Of a DNA stretch of 64,000 nt, positions 29,213 to 39,514 are shown piece by piece. The stretch is from positions 1-64,000 of IMG/VR virus record IMGVR_UViG_3300032334_001019; one strand, 5' to 3'. How positions within the stretch are numbered: position 1 is the stretch's first letter; the number at the start of each line of letters is the position of its first letter. Source of the DNA: a virus. Made by a program: the position numbers and the translations under genes. The notes under the pieces were generated by a model, which worked only from the letters and a program-made list of their open reading frames with translations, was not told the DNA's origin and searched no databases.

Positions 29213-30071
29213 TATATCAGTTATAGTTTATTCTTATAAAGGTAAACTACTAAAAGATGTTCTTAAAAGGTTGCTTGATAATTCAAGCAGCAAAAGTAGG
29301 ATTCATTTTAAAATAATTGATCAGCATCCACTAAAAAGAACCGAAATGTTTGAAAATGAATTTGATTGTGCATATACACATATGTTTTGGGATTGGCAAC
29401 ATAGTCCACTAGGACACAAAAAGACTATGCTTGATGCAACACTTGAAAAGTATACACTTTTTATTGCAGATAATATATTTGTACAGAAGGATTGGGATAT
29501 AGAGTTAGTTGAGTTTATTAAAGATTCAGACAATATTGTATCTGGTAACTCTAATTTAAAACTTGAAAAAGATGGCAACTTCTTTATTAAAAAAAATCGT
29601 ATTTCATCAAGTGCATTTGAACTTACACAGTTTGTAGATAGAAGATTTATCTTTGGAAAAACATCAACTTTTAATGATAAGATGAAGTTTCCAGACTATC
29701 TAAAGTACAATGGTGAAGAGGAGTGTATGTCTCTTGAACTTTTCACAAGTGGGTGTGACATTTTTACTGCACCATCAGCAATGTATAGTGAGATTGGAAA
29801 AAATAACTTGGATCAACTATATGTTCCTTTTTCTTTAAATCATAATTACAATAATGCAATAGACCTTATTCAGATTGGAACAAATAGATTTACATCTGTC
29901 AATGGAAGAAAGATGTCGGTTGAAGATTTTAATCTATTCCATAATAATATATTTAAATCATTGTCAAAACTACCATTTCAAACCAACGATGTGGAATATG
30001 ATCCAATGGATCTAAATTTTAATACCGTAGATGCTAGAAGGTTTGTTGCAAGAACTAAGGCAATTCACTAG
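29199..30071 (+). CDS. GT-A glycosyltransferase resembling GT60 (Skp1 hydroxyproline GlcNAc-transferase family)
   Basis: 'ISVIVYSYK', 'KDWD..L', 'YNGEEECMSLELFTSGCDIFTAP' parallel to GT60 'F.GEE..(L)A.R.WT.GYDIY.P'. Confidence 0.6.
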   Translation: MMMNDISVIVYSYKGKLLKDVLKRLLDNSSSKSRIHFKIIDQHPLKRTEMFENEFDCAYTHMFWDWQHSPLGHKKTMLDATLEKYTLFIADNIFVQKDWDIELVEFIKDSDNIVSGNSNLKLEKDGNFFIKKNRISSSAFELTQFVDRRFIFGKTSTFNDKMKFPDYLKYNGEEECMSLELFTSGCDIFTAPSAMYSEIGKNNLDQLYVPFSLNHNYNNAIDLIQIGTNRFTSVNGRKMSVEDFNLFHNNIFKSLSKLPFQTNDVEYDPMDLNFNTVDARRFVARTKAIH

Positions 30072-30099
30072 TGGTATAATTATATAAAAGGAGAATCAA

Positions 30100-30792
30100 A
30101 TGACAGACCCAACAATGCCTGCAGAGCGCAGGGCAGATCAAGCAGGTGGACATAGAATCCATGTTATCAAAAATTTTATTACACCAGAGGACGCACAAAT
30201 CCTTATTGATGAGCAACATAATCCATCAGCAGTAAACCCATATCCAGAATACTACAAGGAAAGGTTTGGCGGTACTGCTTTTCCATATAATAGAAGAGTT
30301 ATGGACATTTTAAAAAGGTATGGTGAAAAAGCAAATCAGGTGCATAAGGAACAAAATGCTTTTTATAATGACATCTATGTATTTAAGGCTTTTGGTTCAT
30401 GGTGGACAGAGGGCACAAAGGGCGATCTTCACATTGACGCACAAGATCCAGAGCCATTTATTGAGTGGAGCACAATCATTTATCTAAATGGCAGCCTTAA
30501 TCCAGATGAAGAGTTGCGTGGAGAAAAAATTAAACCAGAATTAGAATTTACTGGTGGTCGCATCTATTTCCCAAACCAAAATTATGTTTATGAGCCAAGA
30601 AGGTATTCTGCTGTATTTTTTCCAAGCGCAGGAACGGAATACATTCATGGAATTACAAAGGTATTGAGTGGTAATAGACATACAGCATTATACATGCATA
30701 CAAGTTTACCAAAGCATGCAGACCCAGACTTCTTAGAGCCAGGAACTACACCAGAATGGAAGGCAATAGGGTATCCATTACGAAATGAATAA
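30100..30792 (+). CDS. Prolyl-4-hydroxylase-like 2OG-Fe(II) oxygenase
   Basis: 'HID', 'IIYLN', 'GG.I.F', 'HGITKV..G.R'. Confidence 0.85.
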   Translation: MTDPTMPAERRADQAGGHRIHVIKNFITPEDAQILIDEQHNPSAVNPYPEYYKERFGGTAFPYNRRVMDILKRYGEKANQVHKEQNAFYNDIYVFKAFGSWWTEGTKGDLHIDAQDPEPFIEWSTIIYLNGSLNPDEELRGEKIKPELEFTGGRIYFPNQNYVYEPRRYSAVFFPSAGTEYIHGITKVLSGNRHTALYMHTSLPKHADPDFLEPGTTPEWKAIGYPLRNE

Positions 30793-31447
30793 TTATGAAA
30801 TATTAGATCTTGGTATGGTTTATTATAAAAATATTATTAAAGATCCAAAAGATTTAATAAATAAGATTGAAGACCTTGATGCTAGATATGCTCAAGACAA
30901 TCCAACCTCAACAGAAACAGTAGTTAAACCATGGATACCATGGAAAAATGAAACTGGTAGACACGAAACATTTTGCTTGCAAAAGTTTATACCACAGGTG
31001 CATAATATTTCTGCAACAGATAAGTATAGGGATGAACAAACATTCATTTCTTCACAACTCTTTGGTGCACTAGACGACACATTACATCATTATTCTACTC
31101 AGATTTATCCATTTGCTGAAAAGAACATCAAGTCAAGAGAGCACATGATGCACCTGTTAAGATATGACGCATCTGGATATTTACCAGCACATCAAGATCA
31201 GGGTGTTAGTACAAGAGTTTTATCAGTGCTTTTGTATTTAAATGATGACTATGAAGGTGGAGAAATTACATTTAGACATTCTAACATAACGCTAAAGCCA
31301 GAACCAGGAAGCGTATTATTTTTTCCATCAAACTTTTTATATGTACATGAAGTGGCACCAGTTACAAAGGGTCCAAGATATGCCCTTCCAAATTGGTATC
31401 ACAATGTCCCACTTGAGTTTAAAAGAGATTCTACTGGGGCAGAATAA
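30785..31447 (+). CDS. Prolyl-4-hydroxylase-like 2OG-Fe(II) oxygenase
   Basis: 'HQD', 'YLNDDYEGGE', 'HEVAPVTKGPRY'. Confidence 0.88.
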   Translation: MNNYEILDLGMVYYKNIIKDPKDLINKIEDLDARYAQDNPTSTETVVKPWIPWKNETGRHETFCLQKFIPQVHNISATDKYRDEQTFISSQLFGALDDTLHHYSTQIYPFAEKNIKSREHMMHLLRYDASGYLPAHQDQGVSTRVLSVLLYLNDDYEGGEITFRHSNITLKPEPGSVLFFPSNFLYVHEVAPVTKGPRYALPNWYHNVPLEFKRDSTGAE

Positions 31448-32250
31448 TGCTTAGTATATTAAAAAATTTTTATAATAATGAAAACAATTTTAAATATGAT
31501 TGTTTATGCTCTACATTTAATGTAAAAAGAAAATATGATGGCGATACTAAATCATACGTAGATACAATAAATTATGATTATTCAGAATGTTCAGAGACCC
31601 ATATATCTCATACTAAACTTAGAGATGATTATGGACTCAACTCTATCAATCTTAGATCTGATGAACTAAAGGTAGTCAAAGATGGCACACACATTCTTTT
31701 TGGTGGTTGTTCACAAACATGGGGATATGGCATTGACAATAAAGAAGACTTGTGGTCACATATAGTTAATCAAAGTTTTAGTGACTCAAGTGGTTATTTT
31801 AACCTTGCTAGAAGTGGTTGGAATACATCTCAAATAGTTGCAGATGCTATAGCATATTGCAATACATACGGCATTCCTAAATATATGTTTTTGGTATTTC
31901 CAGATTATGAAAGAGAAACTGTAAATTTTAGAATGAATCAGGATGATGTAAAACCTATAGATAAGGATTATATTCTTATGTTGCAGCAAAGAACTATGTT
32001 TCTTGCAATAATGGCAATAGAAGGTTTTTGTAAAGCAAATAATATAAAATTAGTATATTCAACTTGGCATGGTTTAACTACACACTTTCTTGCAAGATTA
32101 AAATTAGAAAACTTTATTACATTATGGGATGTTCATAATTTACTTATTGAGCCAAACTTATTTTTCTTTACTGATCTTCAAAACGATGGACATTGGGCAG
32201 AAAAACATCACAAAAGATTTGCTGAAATTGTTTTGGAAAAGATTAAATGA
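31447..32250 (+). CDS. SGNH hydrolase/acyltransferase-like protein
   Basis: 'FGGCSQTWG', 'NLARSG', 'DGH'. Confidence 0.65.
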   Translation: MLSILKNFYNNENNFKYDCLCSTFNVKRKYDGDTKSYVDTINYDYSECSETHISHTKLRDDYGLNSINLRSDELKVVKDGTHILFGGCSQTWGYGIDNKEDLWSHIVNQSFSDSSGYFNLARSGWNTSQIVADAIAYCNTYGIPKYMFLVFPDYERETVNFRMNQDDVKPIDKDYILMLQQRTMFLAIMAIEGFCKANNIKLVYSTWHGLTTHFLARLKLENFITLWDVHNLLIEPNLFFFTDLQNDGHWAEKHHKRFAEIVLEKIK

Positions 32251-33680
32251 TAATACTTGGTATAAATGAAACAACACATGATGCATCTGTGTCTTTAATT
32301 AAAGATGGAGAAGTTTTGTTTGCTGGACACGCTGAAAGATATAGTAAGCAAAAAAATGATTGGTTTACAAACAAAGAATTAATTAAAGATGCATTGCAGT
32401 ATGGCTATCCAGATAAGATTGCCTACTATGAAAAGCCTTTACTTAAAAAACTTAGAGTAAAGACTAAAGGTGGGTTTGGTGGAGACAGACCTTGGTTTGA
32501 GTCTACAGAACTTGGAGATTTGCCAAGAAAAAACTTTACACACCACTACTCCCATGCAGCAGCAGGATACTACACCAGTGCCTATAATGAAGCATGTATT
32601 ATAGTTCTTGATGCAATAGGTGAATTTACTACATCATCAATCTGGGTTGGTGAAGGAAATAAGATTAAACAAAAGTATCGACAAAACTACCCAATAAGTT
32701 TTGGTCTTTTTTATTCTGCATTTACACAACTGATTGGTCTTATGCCAAACCAAGAAGAATATATAATGATGGGTATGGCTGCGTATGGAGACCCAAATAA
32801 ATATTTAAAAAAGGTTGTTGATTATTTCCCATCTATTATGTCTCAGAAATATAACTTTCATAAAGGAATTAATGATTGGGGCTGGATTGAATCAGAGCAA
32901 GATAGGTTTGATATTGCAGCAGCAGTACAGGCAGTTTATCAAAGCAGACTCATTGAGTTTGCAACAACAGCAAAAGCAATAACTGGAAAAAAGAATCTTG
33001 TATTTATGGGTGGATGTGCACTAAACTCTTCTGCAAATACAGCACTATGGAAAATTTTTGACAGCATCTGGATTATGCCAAACCCTGGTGATGCTGGAAG
33101 TTCTTTGGGTGCAGCAGCAGGACTTTATGGAAAACACCTTAACTGGAAATCTCCATATCTTGGATATGATCTTGGCGGAGAGTATCCGATTGATAAAATA
33201 ATTGAGGGGCTAAAGAAAGATAAAATCGTAGCAGTGGCAACTGGTAAAGCAGAGTATGGTCCAAGAGCATTGGGTAACAGAAGCATTCTTGCTGATCCAC
33301 GAGATCCAGATATTAAAGACAAAGTAAACCTAATTAAACAAAGAGAACTCTTTAGACCATTTGCCCCAGTGGTAATGGCAGAGCATGCCTCCAAGTGGTT
33401 TGATATGGACTTTGAAAGCCCATATATGCAGTATACTGTTAAGTGCTTACAGCCACACAAGATTCCTTCTGTAGTACATGAAGATGGAACATCTAGAGTT
33501 CAAACTGTTACAAAAGAGCAACATCCAGGTCTTTGGAGAGTTTTAAATAAGTTTTACTTAGAGACTGGCGTTCCAATTCTTCTTAATACTAGTTTAAATA
33601 TTAAGGGTCAACCACTACTTAATGATGAGACTGACATTATTAAATGGGAAAAAGAATACAACTTTACAATTTGCAGGTAA
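32247..33680 (+). CDS. Carbamoyltransferase (NodU/CmcH family)
   Basis: 'HDAS', 'HHYSHAA', 'GGCALN', 'PGDAG', 'EYGPRALGNRS', 'LNTSLN'. Confidence 0.93.
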   Translation: MIILGINETTHDASVSLIKDGEVLFAGHAERYSKQKNDWFTNKELIKDALQYGYPDKIAYYEKPLLKKLRVKTKGGFGGDRPWFESTELGDLPRKNFTHHYSHAAAGYYTSAYNEACIIVLDAIGEFTTSSIWVGEGNKIKQKYRQNYPISFGLFYSAFTQLIGLMPNQEEYIMMGMAAYGDPNKYLKKVVDYFPSIMSQKYNFHKGINDWGWIESEQDRFDIAAAVQAVYQSRLIEFATTAKAITGKKNLVFMGGCALNSSANTALWKIFDSIWIMPNPGDAGSSLGAAAGLYGKHLNWKSPYLGYDLGGEYPIDKIIEGLKKDKIVAVATGKAEYGPRALGNRSILADPRDPDIKDKVNLIKQRELFRPFAPVVMAEHASKWFDMDFESPYMQYTVKCLQPHKIPSVVHEDGTSRVQTVTKEQHPGLWRVLNKFYLETGVPILLNTSLNIKGQPLLNDETDIIKWEKEYNFTICR

Positions 33681-33716
33681 AGTGCTATAATAGATACATA
33701 TAAAAGGAGGCCAAAA

Positions 33717-34358
33717 ATGGCAGCAAAAGGTAGTGTAGAAGCAATCATTGAGGTTGCAAAGAATGAAGTGGGCACAATAGAAGGCCCAAAGGATAATGAA
33801 ACAAAATACGGTGCATGGATCAAGGTTAACTTTCAACCTTGGTGTCAGTCATTTGTTTCTTGGTCAGCATTTACTGCGGGAGTAAAATCATTCCCAAAGA
33901 CAGCATCAACAGTTGCAGCAGCAGATTGGTTTAAGAAGGCTGAGCGTTGGTCAGATGCTCGTAACGATGACCCACAGCCAGGAGACTGGATCTATTTTGA
34001 TTTCCCAGATGATGGTGTAAATCGTATTTCACATGTTGGTCTTTGCATTAAGAACAATGGTGACGGAACAATCCAAGTTATTGAAGGAAATACTTCAGGA
34101 ACTGCTAAAGGAGATCAGCGCAATGGCGGAATGTGTGTTGAAAAAACTCGTGGCTATGTAAAGAATAACAAGAAGAAGTTGCTTAACGCTGTGGTTGGTT
34201 GGGGTCGTCCAGTTTATACTGGTGAAGAAAATGCTCCACTACTAAACAAGATTGCAGCATCTGCTACTTCAGCACCAGCAAAGACAACAACTATACCTGC
34301 TGCTAAGAAGACCGCAAAGAAATCTTCTGGTGGAGGAAAAGGGGCAGCAGCGCTATAA
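33717..34358 (+). CDS. Endolysin, CHAP amidase
   Basis: 'PWCQSFVSW', 'SHVG', 'IEGNT'. Confidence 0.85.
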   Translation: MAAKGSVEAIIEVAKNEVGTIEGPKDNETKYGAWIKVNFQPWCQSFVSWSAFTAGVKSFPKTASTVAAADWFKKAERWSDARNDDPQPGDWIYFDFPDDGVNRISHVGLCIKNNGDGTIQVIEGNTSGTAKGDQRNGGMCVEKTRGYVKNNKKKLLNAVVGWGRPVYTGEENAPLLNKIAASATSAPAKTTTIPAAKKTAKKSSGGGKGAAAL

Positions 34359-34558
34359 TGGAATCTACTAAGAGAACATTACTAAAAACAGCAAGTTGGG
34401 AAACATTTCATCTTGTTGGAGTTGCTGGAGTAATTTATTTGTTCACTGGAGAATGGGAGTATGCATCACTTGGTGCATTACTTTACATTGGATGGGAAGC
34501 ACTTGGATACTTTATTCATGAAAGAGTTTGGGCTAAATTTGGAAAAGGAGTAAAATAA
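34358..34558 (+). CDS. DUF2061 membrane protein
   Basis: 'RTLLKTASW...HERVW'. Confidence 0.75.
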   Translation: MESTKRTLLKTASWETFHLVGVAGVIYLFTGEWEYASLGALLYIGWEALGYFIHERVWAKFGKGVK

Positions 34559-34664
34559 TGCGTATTAAAATTATTAAGTTTGTTGTTAAAGCACTTGGAT
34601 ATGACTGGGGCGGAGATAATCTAAAACTTCCTTATTGGACAGTAAAAGAAAAGAAGAAGAAGTA

Positions 34665-34850
34665 GTGGCTCTTTACGAATATCATTGTAGCACTTGTGTT
34701 GATAATTTTATTAAAGAAAGACCAATAGCATCAGATGATCCAGGTTACAAATGTGAGACTTGCAATACTGATTTAACTCGTGTATACTCTAATGTAGGAG
34801 CAGTTTTTAACGGTACTGGATTTTATTCCACTGACAATAGAAAGAAGTAG
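34665..34850 (+). CDS. FmdB-family zinc-ribbon protein
   Basis: 'YEYHC..C...C..C...F.GTGFYSTD'. Confidence 0.8.
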   Translation: MALYEYHCSTCVDNFIKERPIASDDPGYKCETCNTDLTRVYSNVGAVFNGTGFYSTDNRKK

Positions 34851-34858
34851 AGTATACT

Positions 34859-35116
34859 ATGAGTATTATGATTGACACACCTTCAGAAGTTAAGAACTGG
34901 GTACTCAAGGCAACTGATAGATGCGATTCATGTGCAGCAGAAGCCTTGGTGCAGGTTACTGGACTAAATGGAGAACTTCTTTTTTGTGGTCATCACTATA
35001 ACAAGATTATGAATAATCAAGAAGGATACAAGAAAATGATGTCGTTTATGATTACATTAATTGATGAACGAGATAAACTGATTGAGAACAAAGCAAAGGA
35101 AGAGCCACACGCATGA
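34859..35116 (+). CDS. Small actinobacterial-type Zn-binding protein
   Basis: 'DRCDSCAA.A...LLFCGHH'. Confidence 0.65.
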   Translation: MSIMIDTPSEVKNWVLKATDRCDSCAAEALVQVTGLNGELLFCGHHYNKIMNNQEGYKKMMSFMITLIDERDKLIENKAKEEPHA

Positions 35117-35874
35117 TTATTCAGATTATTGGGCTTCCAGGTTCTGGCAAGACAGAACTGGCGAAGGCCCTAAAGGAACGCATTAACGCTATTCATCTTA
35201 ATGCAGATGAGGTTAGAGCAACAGTCAATTCTGATCTAGGTTTTACAATAGAAGATAGACTTGAGCAGGCCCGTCGCATGGGTGAGATGGCAAGAATAAT
35301 TGCAAAGCAGGGGGTTGCTCCTGTTATTGTAGACTTTGTTTGTCCAACAGAATTAACTCGTGCAGCATTTGGTAAGCCAGACATCCTTGTATTTATGGAC
35401 ACACTTGCTGAGGGTAGATTTGAAGATACTAATAAGATGTTTGAACGACCAACAGAGTTTGATGTATCTTTTATTAGTCACAATTTAGATGCAGAAGCAA
35501 AGGCATCCCACATCATTTCAAAGTTTGGTCTACATGATTGGTCTGCACCTACAACCCTAATGCTTGGTAGGTACCAGCCATGGCACGAAGGTCATCACGC
35601 CCTTTACAAAGAGGCGGGTAAGAGAACTGACCAAGTACTGCTTGGAGTCCGTAATACCTACAACACAAGCGAAAAGGACCCACTTAGGTTTGATCAGGTA
35701 AAAGAATATATTGCCAAGGATGAATTTATGGATGGTGCATTGGTATTAAGACTACCTAATATTACCAACATTGTTTATGGTCGTGATGTAGGATATAAGA
35801 TTGAGCAAGTAGATTTAGGTGCTGATATACATGCTATTTCTGCTACACAAAAGCGCAAAGAAATGGGCATCTAA
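35113..35874 (+). CDS. APS kinase-like domain fused to HxGH nucleotidyltransferase
   Basis: 'GLPGSGKT', 'NADEVR...DLGF..EDR' (CysC-like); C-terminal 'GRYQPWHEGH'. Confidence 0.8.
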   Translation: MIIQIIGLPGSGKTELAKALKERINAIHLNADEVRATVNSDLGFTIEDRLEQARRMGEMARIIAKQGVAPVIVDFVCPTELTRAAFGKPDILVFMDTLAEGRFEDTNKMFERPTEFDVSFISHNLDAEAKASHIISKFGLHDWSAPTTLMLGRYQPWHEGHHALYKEAGKRTDQVLLGVRNTYNTSEKDPLRFDQVKEYIAKDEFMDGALVLRLPNITNIVYGRDVGYKIEQVDLGADIHAISATQKRKEMGI

Positions 35875-35962
35875 ATGTTAGAAAATGGTATTGCAGTTGT
35901 TGTTTCACTTATAGTTGCTTCTATTGCTGTTTACTTTGTTGACAAAAAGTGGGGTGGATCTG

Positions 35963-36166
35963 ATGACAGTAACCAAGGCTAGATCATTTATTAAAGCATT
36001 GAGTTATCGTATATGGGGAACATTGTCATCATTTGTTGTTGCCTATATCTTAACAGGAGATGCAACTCTTTCAAGTGCTATTGCTTTTTGGGAAACGGTA
36101 GTTAAAGTATTTATCTATTACGCACATGAGCGTGGGTGGAATTATATTCAGTGGGGTAGAAAGTAA
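35963..36166 (+). CDS. DUF2061 membrane protein
   Basis: 'RSFIKALSYRI...YYAHERGW'. Confidence 0.8.
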   Translation: MTVTKARSFIKALSYRIWGTLSSFVVAYILTGDATLSSAIAFWETVVKVFIYYAHERGWNYIQWGRK

Positions 36167-36191
36167 CAAAAGGTTACTGTATAATGTAATA

Positions 36192-37724
36192 ATGAAAAAA
36201 GTTGTTATTGTCGGTGGTGGTACTGCTGGGTGGCTTACCGCTTTGGCTGCACAACAGAGATATCCTAATGAAGATATAACTGTCGTAGAGAGCACAGAGG
36301 TAGGAATTCTTGGTGCTGGAGAGGGATCTGTTCCAGATTTACTTTTTTTCTTAAATAGACTGGGAATCAAGGTCTCAGATTTAATAAAAGAAACTGGTGC
36401 TACAATTAAATCTGGTATTCTGTTTAGGAATTGGGCAAGCGATGGCAGTCAGTACTTCCATAGTTTTAAAAAAAATGAAGAACTAACAGTTAACAAGTCT
36501 TTAAAGTTAAACGAGATAGATCAGACTTTTTCAGATATGCCAGTAGATGAACTTATAGCAATGCTTGAATATAAAAGAGATTCTAGCAAAATTGATGCGA
36601 TGGCTATTAAAAAAAATAATGTTCCTTTTGTAAAGAAAGAGGAAAAGAATACAAAAAGTTTTAAAGATTTTGATCTATACAATAGGTTTTCAGTACATTT
36701 TGATGCAAGACTGTTTGCAATTTTTTTATCAAAAGTAGGAATTTCTCGTGGAATTAAAGTTGTAGATGCTAAAGTAAAAAATTTTGTTACAGATGAAAAT
36801 AACAATATCATTAAAGTTGATTTTGATAACTCAAATTCAATTGAATGTGATTTTATTTTTGATTGTTCTGGATTTTATAGGCTTATAACTGGTAAACATT
36901 ATAATGCTGAATGGATTAGTTTTTCTAAACACCTGCCTGCAAAAAAAGCAATACCATTCTTCTTAGACATTGACAAAGAATCTATAGAGCCATACACTGA
37001 CTCAGTTGCTATGGATTATGGCTGGATGTGGAAGATTCCACTACAGCATCGTTATGGTTGTGGATATGTTTTTGACTCAGATTTTATTACAGAGGATCAA
37101 GCAAAAGAAGAAGTAGAAAAATTATTGGGGAAAAAGATTATTTCACCCAAAACATTTAGTTTTAATCCAGGTCACTATGAAAAGATATGGAATAAAAATA
37201 GTATAGGAATTGGACTTTCTTCTGGATTTGTTGAACCTCTTGAGGCAACATCAATTATGCAAACTGTTCATACTTTAGCCACAGTCTTTTCACCTTTAAA
37301 AGATATTTTTAAAATGGAGGAGTCGCATGTAAAATTGGTTAATGATGTTTATAAAAAAGACTGTAATGAAATTTTAAATGTAATATATTTACATTATATG
37401 ACAGATAAAACAAATACTGATTTTTGGAAAAATTTTACAACTAATAATGAGATGCCAGAATCGCTAAAAAAAGATATAGAAAAGGTAAAAAATTACACTC
37501 ATGAGGAAAATCCAAATAATTTTTTTAAATCCAGAAGTTACTACACAATTATAGATGGCAATAATATTATGGATCGATCATCATTAACTAAACTGTATGA
37601 TGAAAAACTAAAAGATTACCATGATACAATTAAAAAAGAGAATGAACTAAAAATAAAAGAGTCTGAAAATTTTATAAGTCATTCAGATTTTATTAGATAT
37701 CTTGGGGGATTAAGTGAGAATTAA
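36192..37724 (+). CDS. Flavin-dependent (tryptophan) halogenase family protein
   Basis: GGGTAGW, GAGEG, 'ATIK' Lys, WMWKIP, 'FVEPLEAT'. Confidence 0.88.
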   Translation: MKKVVIVGGGTAGWLTALAAQQRYPNEDITVVESTEVGILGAGEGSVPDLLFFLNRLGIKVSDLIKETGATIKSGILFRNWASDGSQYFHSFKKNEELTVNKSLKLNEIDQTFSDMPVDELIAMLEYKRDSSKIDAMAIKKNNVPFVKKEEKNTKSFKDFDLYNRFSVHFDARLFAIFLSKVGISRGIKVVDAKVKNFVTDENNNIIKVDFDNSNSIECDFIFDCSGFYRLITGKHYNAEWISFSKHLPAKKAIPFFLDIDKESIEPYTDSVAMDYGWMWKIPLQHRYGCGYVFDSDFITEDQAKEEVEKLLGKKIISPKTFSFNPGHYEKIWNKNSIGIGLSSGFVEPLEATSIMQTVHTLATVFSPLKDIFKMEESHVKLVNDVYKKDCNEILNVIYLHYMTDKTNTDFWKNFTTNNEMPESLKKDIEKVKNYTHEENPNNFFKSRSYYTIIDGNNIMDRSSLTKLYDEKLKDYHDTIKKENELKIKESENFISHSDFIRYLGGLSEN

Positions 37725-37995
37725 GGTAATATTGACAGTATTAAAGAAAATGTCAGACAAGTCTTATTGGACATTACCAAACTTTGTTGAGTTTGTAGCA
37801 TTTATGACAAAGGTTGTTATTATTGTTCCAGGACTATTGTTTGGTCTTCAGTGGTGGTGGTTATATATTTTTGCATTAGCATCCAGCATATCACTGATAT
37901 GGACATCAACTGTAAAAACTCTCCCAACAATAATAATATTCAATATGATCTGGACTTTACTGGCAGCAACTGCTATAATTAAGTATTGGGTCTAA
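37714..37995 (+). CDS. Membrane protein
   Basis: Three hydrophobic segments. Confidence 0.6.
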   Translation: MRIKVILTVLKKMSDKSYWTLPNFVEFVAFMTKVVIIVPGLLFGLQWWWLYIFALASSISLIWTSTVKTLPTIIIFNMIWTLLAATAIIKYWV

Positions 37996-38005
37996 GGGGG
38001 CTTGT

Positions 38006-38413
38006 ATGTATGAGTACTATGTAAGAAAAGTAGAGAATGTAGTAGATGGAGATACCATCGATGTTCTTATTGATTTAGGGTTTGATATTTTGTTTGCATC
38101 TCGTGTAAGATTGGCTGGTATTGATACCCCTGAGTCTCGCACAAAGGATCTTGCTGAGAAGGCACTTGGCCTAGAAGCCAAGGAATATCTAAAGAAGCAT
38201 CTTAAGGATGCTAAGTCTGTTGTTATTAAGACTGAAAAGATGGACTCATCTGAGAAGTATGGTCGCATTTTGGGCTGGGTATATGTAGATGGAAACACCG
38301 TATCTCTTAATGACATGATGATCAATGATGGTTATGCTTGGGGATACCTAGGTGATACTAAGGTTAAGGACTTCGATGCTCTTGCAAAGGCTAGAAAGAA
38401 GTCTGGTAAGTGA
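38006..38413 (+). CDS. Thermonuclease (SNase-like)
   Basis: 'VVDGDT', 'RLAGIDTPE', 'KYGRIL'. Confidence 0.9.
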   Translation: MYEYYVRKVENVVDGDTIDVLIDLGFDILFASRVRLAGIDTPESRTKDLAEKALGLEAKEYLKKHLKDAKSVVIKTEKMDSSEKYGRILGWVYVDGNTVSLNDMMINDGYAWGYLGDTKVKDFDALAKARKKSGK

Positions 38414-38751
38414 CACCAGAAGAAAGCGACATCATTGATAATTTAATACTTACTGGAGCACTGGAGCCGTGTGGTATTGATATTGAAAGTGGTGAAATGT
38501 TGTACAACTTTACAGATAAGTTGAAGCAGGTAGATCCGCTACTTCATGATGAATTTCAAAGATACTTTACATCAGAGACAATGGCTTTGTGGGAGCATGG
38601 TTTTATTGAGATGGATGTCACATTAGATCATCCAGTAGTCTCACTCACACAAAAGGCTTTTGATTCAGCAGAGGTTTTAAAACTTGATAAAAATCATCAA
38701 TACACACTAAAGGAAATCATAAGAATTATACTTGAGGATAATAAAAATTAG
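38410..38751 (+). CDS. Hypothetical protein
   Basis: Coupled ORF. Confidence 0.55.
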   Translation: MTPEESDIIDNLILTGALEPCGIDIESGEMLYNFTDKLKQVDPLLHDEFQRYFTSETMALWEHGFIEMDVTLDHPVVSLTQKAFDSAEVLKLDKNHQYTLKEIIRIILEDNKN

Positions 38752-38753
38752 CA

Positions 38754-39179
38754 ATGGAATATTTTCTTGGTTCATTAACTACACTATTAATCATTGGGTT
38801 GGTTTCATATATAATAAAACCATCTAACATTGTAAGTGATATGCCGAAACTAAGATATAGTCAAAGCCATATATTTGAATTAGTCAAACCAATACTTCCA
38901 CCAATAAAAAGTTTACCAGGGAAAAAGAAAATTTATCAATCTACTAAGCATGAAGAAAAAACAAGGATCAAGGTTATAATATTGGATAAGAAAGCCTATT
39001 GGGTAAAAGACAATCTATTTTATGTGGCGGATATTGATGGGCAAGGAATCGATAAAGACAATGCACGAGTAGTTGACACGATACATATGGATAAGGTACA
39101 ATTAGATAAGATGCTTTTTATAATGGATCAACTAAGAGATGGGAAAGTAAATGATAATGGGGATTCAAGGGACCAGTAG
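38754..39179 (+). CDS. Hypothetical protein with N-terminal TM
   Basis: Hydrophobic N-terminus. Confidence 0.55.
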   Translation: MEYFLGSLTTLLIIGLVSYIIKPSNIVSDMPKLRYSQSHIFELVKPILPPIKSLPGKKKIYQSTKHEEKTRIKVIILDKKAYWVKDNLFYVADIDGQGIDKDNARVVDTIHMDKVQLDKMLFIMDQLRDGKVNDNGDSRDQ

Positions 39180-39501
39180 TTTTAATGACTACCAGGTTTT
39201 TCTTAGAGCCATGGGTGTAGCAATGTCTTCTTTGCAAAGCGAAGACCCATACTTTTATATTTATTCTGCTGGCCCAGCAAATGTTAACTCTATGGTTTCA
39301 GAGTTTGTAAACCTTTCTGAGCGTGGCATGAAGTCTCGTGGAAAAAAGATTAAGATGTATAAGGTTGCACCAAGTTGGATTTCAGAGAATATGAAAGATG
39401 TTAACTACTTTGCATTTTTAAGCAATGAGAAAGAACATGTTTCAAAATTAGTAAGTGAAGCAGAACTAAGTAATGTCGACTTCGGCATTTTCCGATACTA
39501 A
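39151..39501 (+). CDS. SLOG/YspA-like Rossmannoid protein
   Basis: 'IQGTSSFNDY' resembles YspA 'ITGSRxFxDY'. Confidence 0.45.
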   Translation: MIMGIQGTSSFNDYQVFLRAMGVAMSSLQSEDPYFYIYSAGPANVNSMVSEFVNLSERGMKSRGKKIKMYKVAPSWISENMKDVNYFAFLSNEKEHVSKLVSEAELSNVDFGIFRY

Positions 39502-39514
39502 CAGAAAGAATAAA

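Noticed and set aside
34797-34810. GGAGCAGTTT as a fourth pseudoknot copy
   Set aside because: It lies inside the FmdB CDS and lacks the P1 stem and loop partner.
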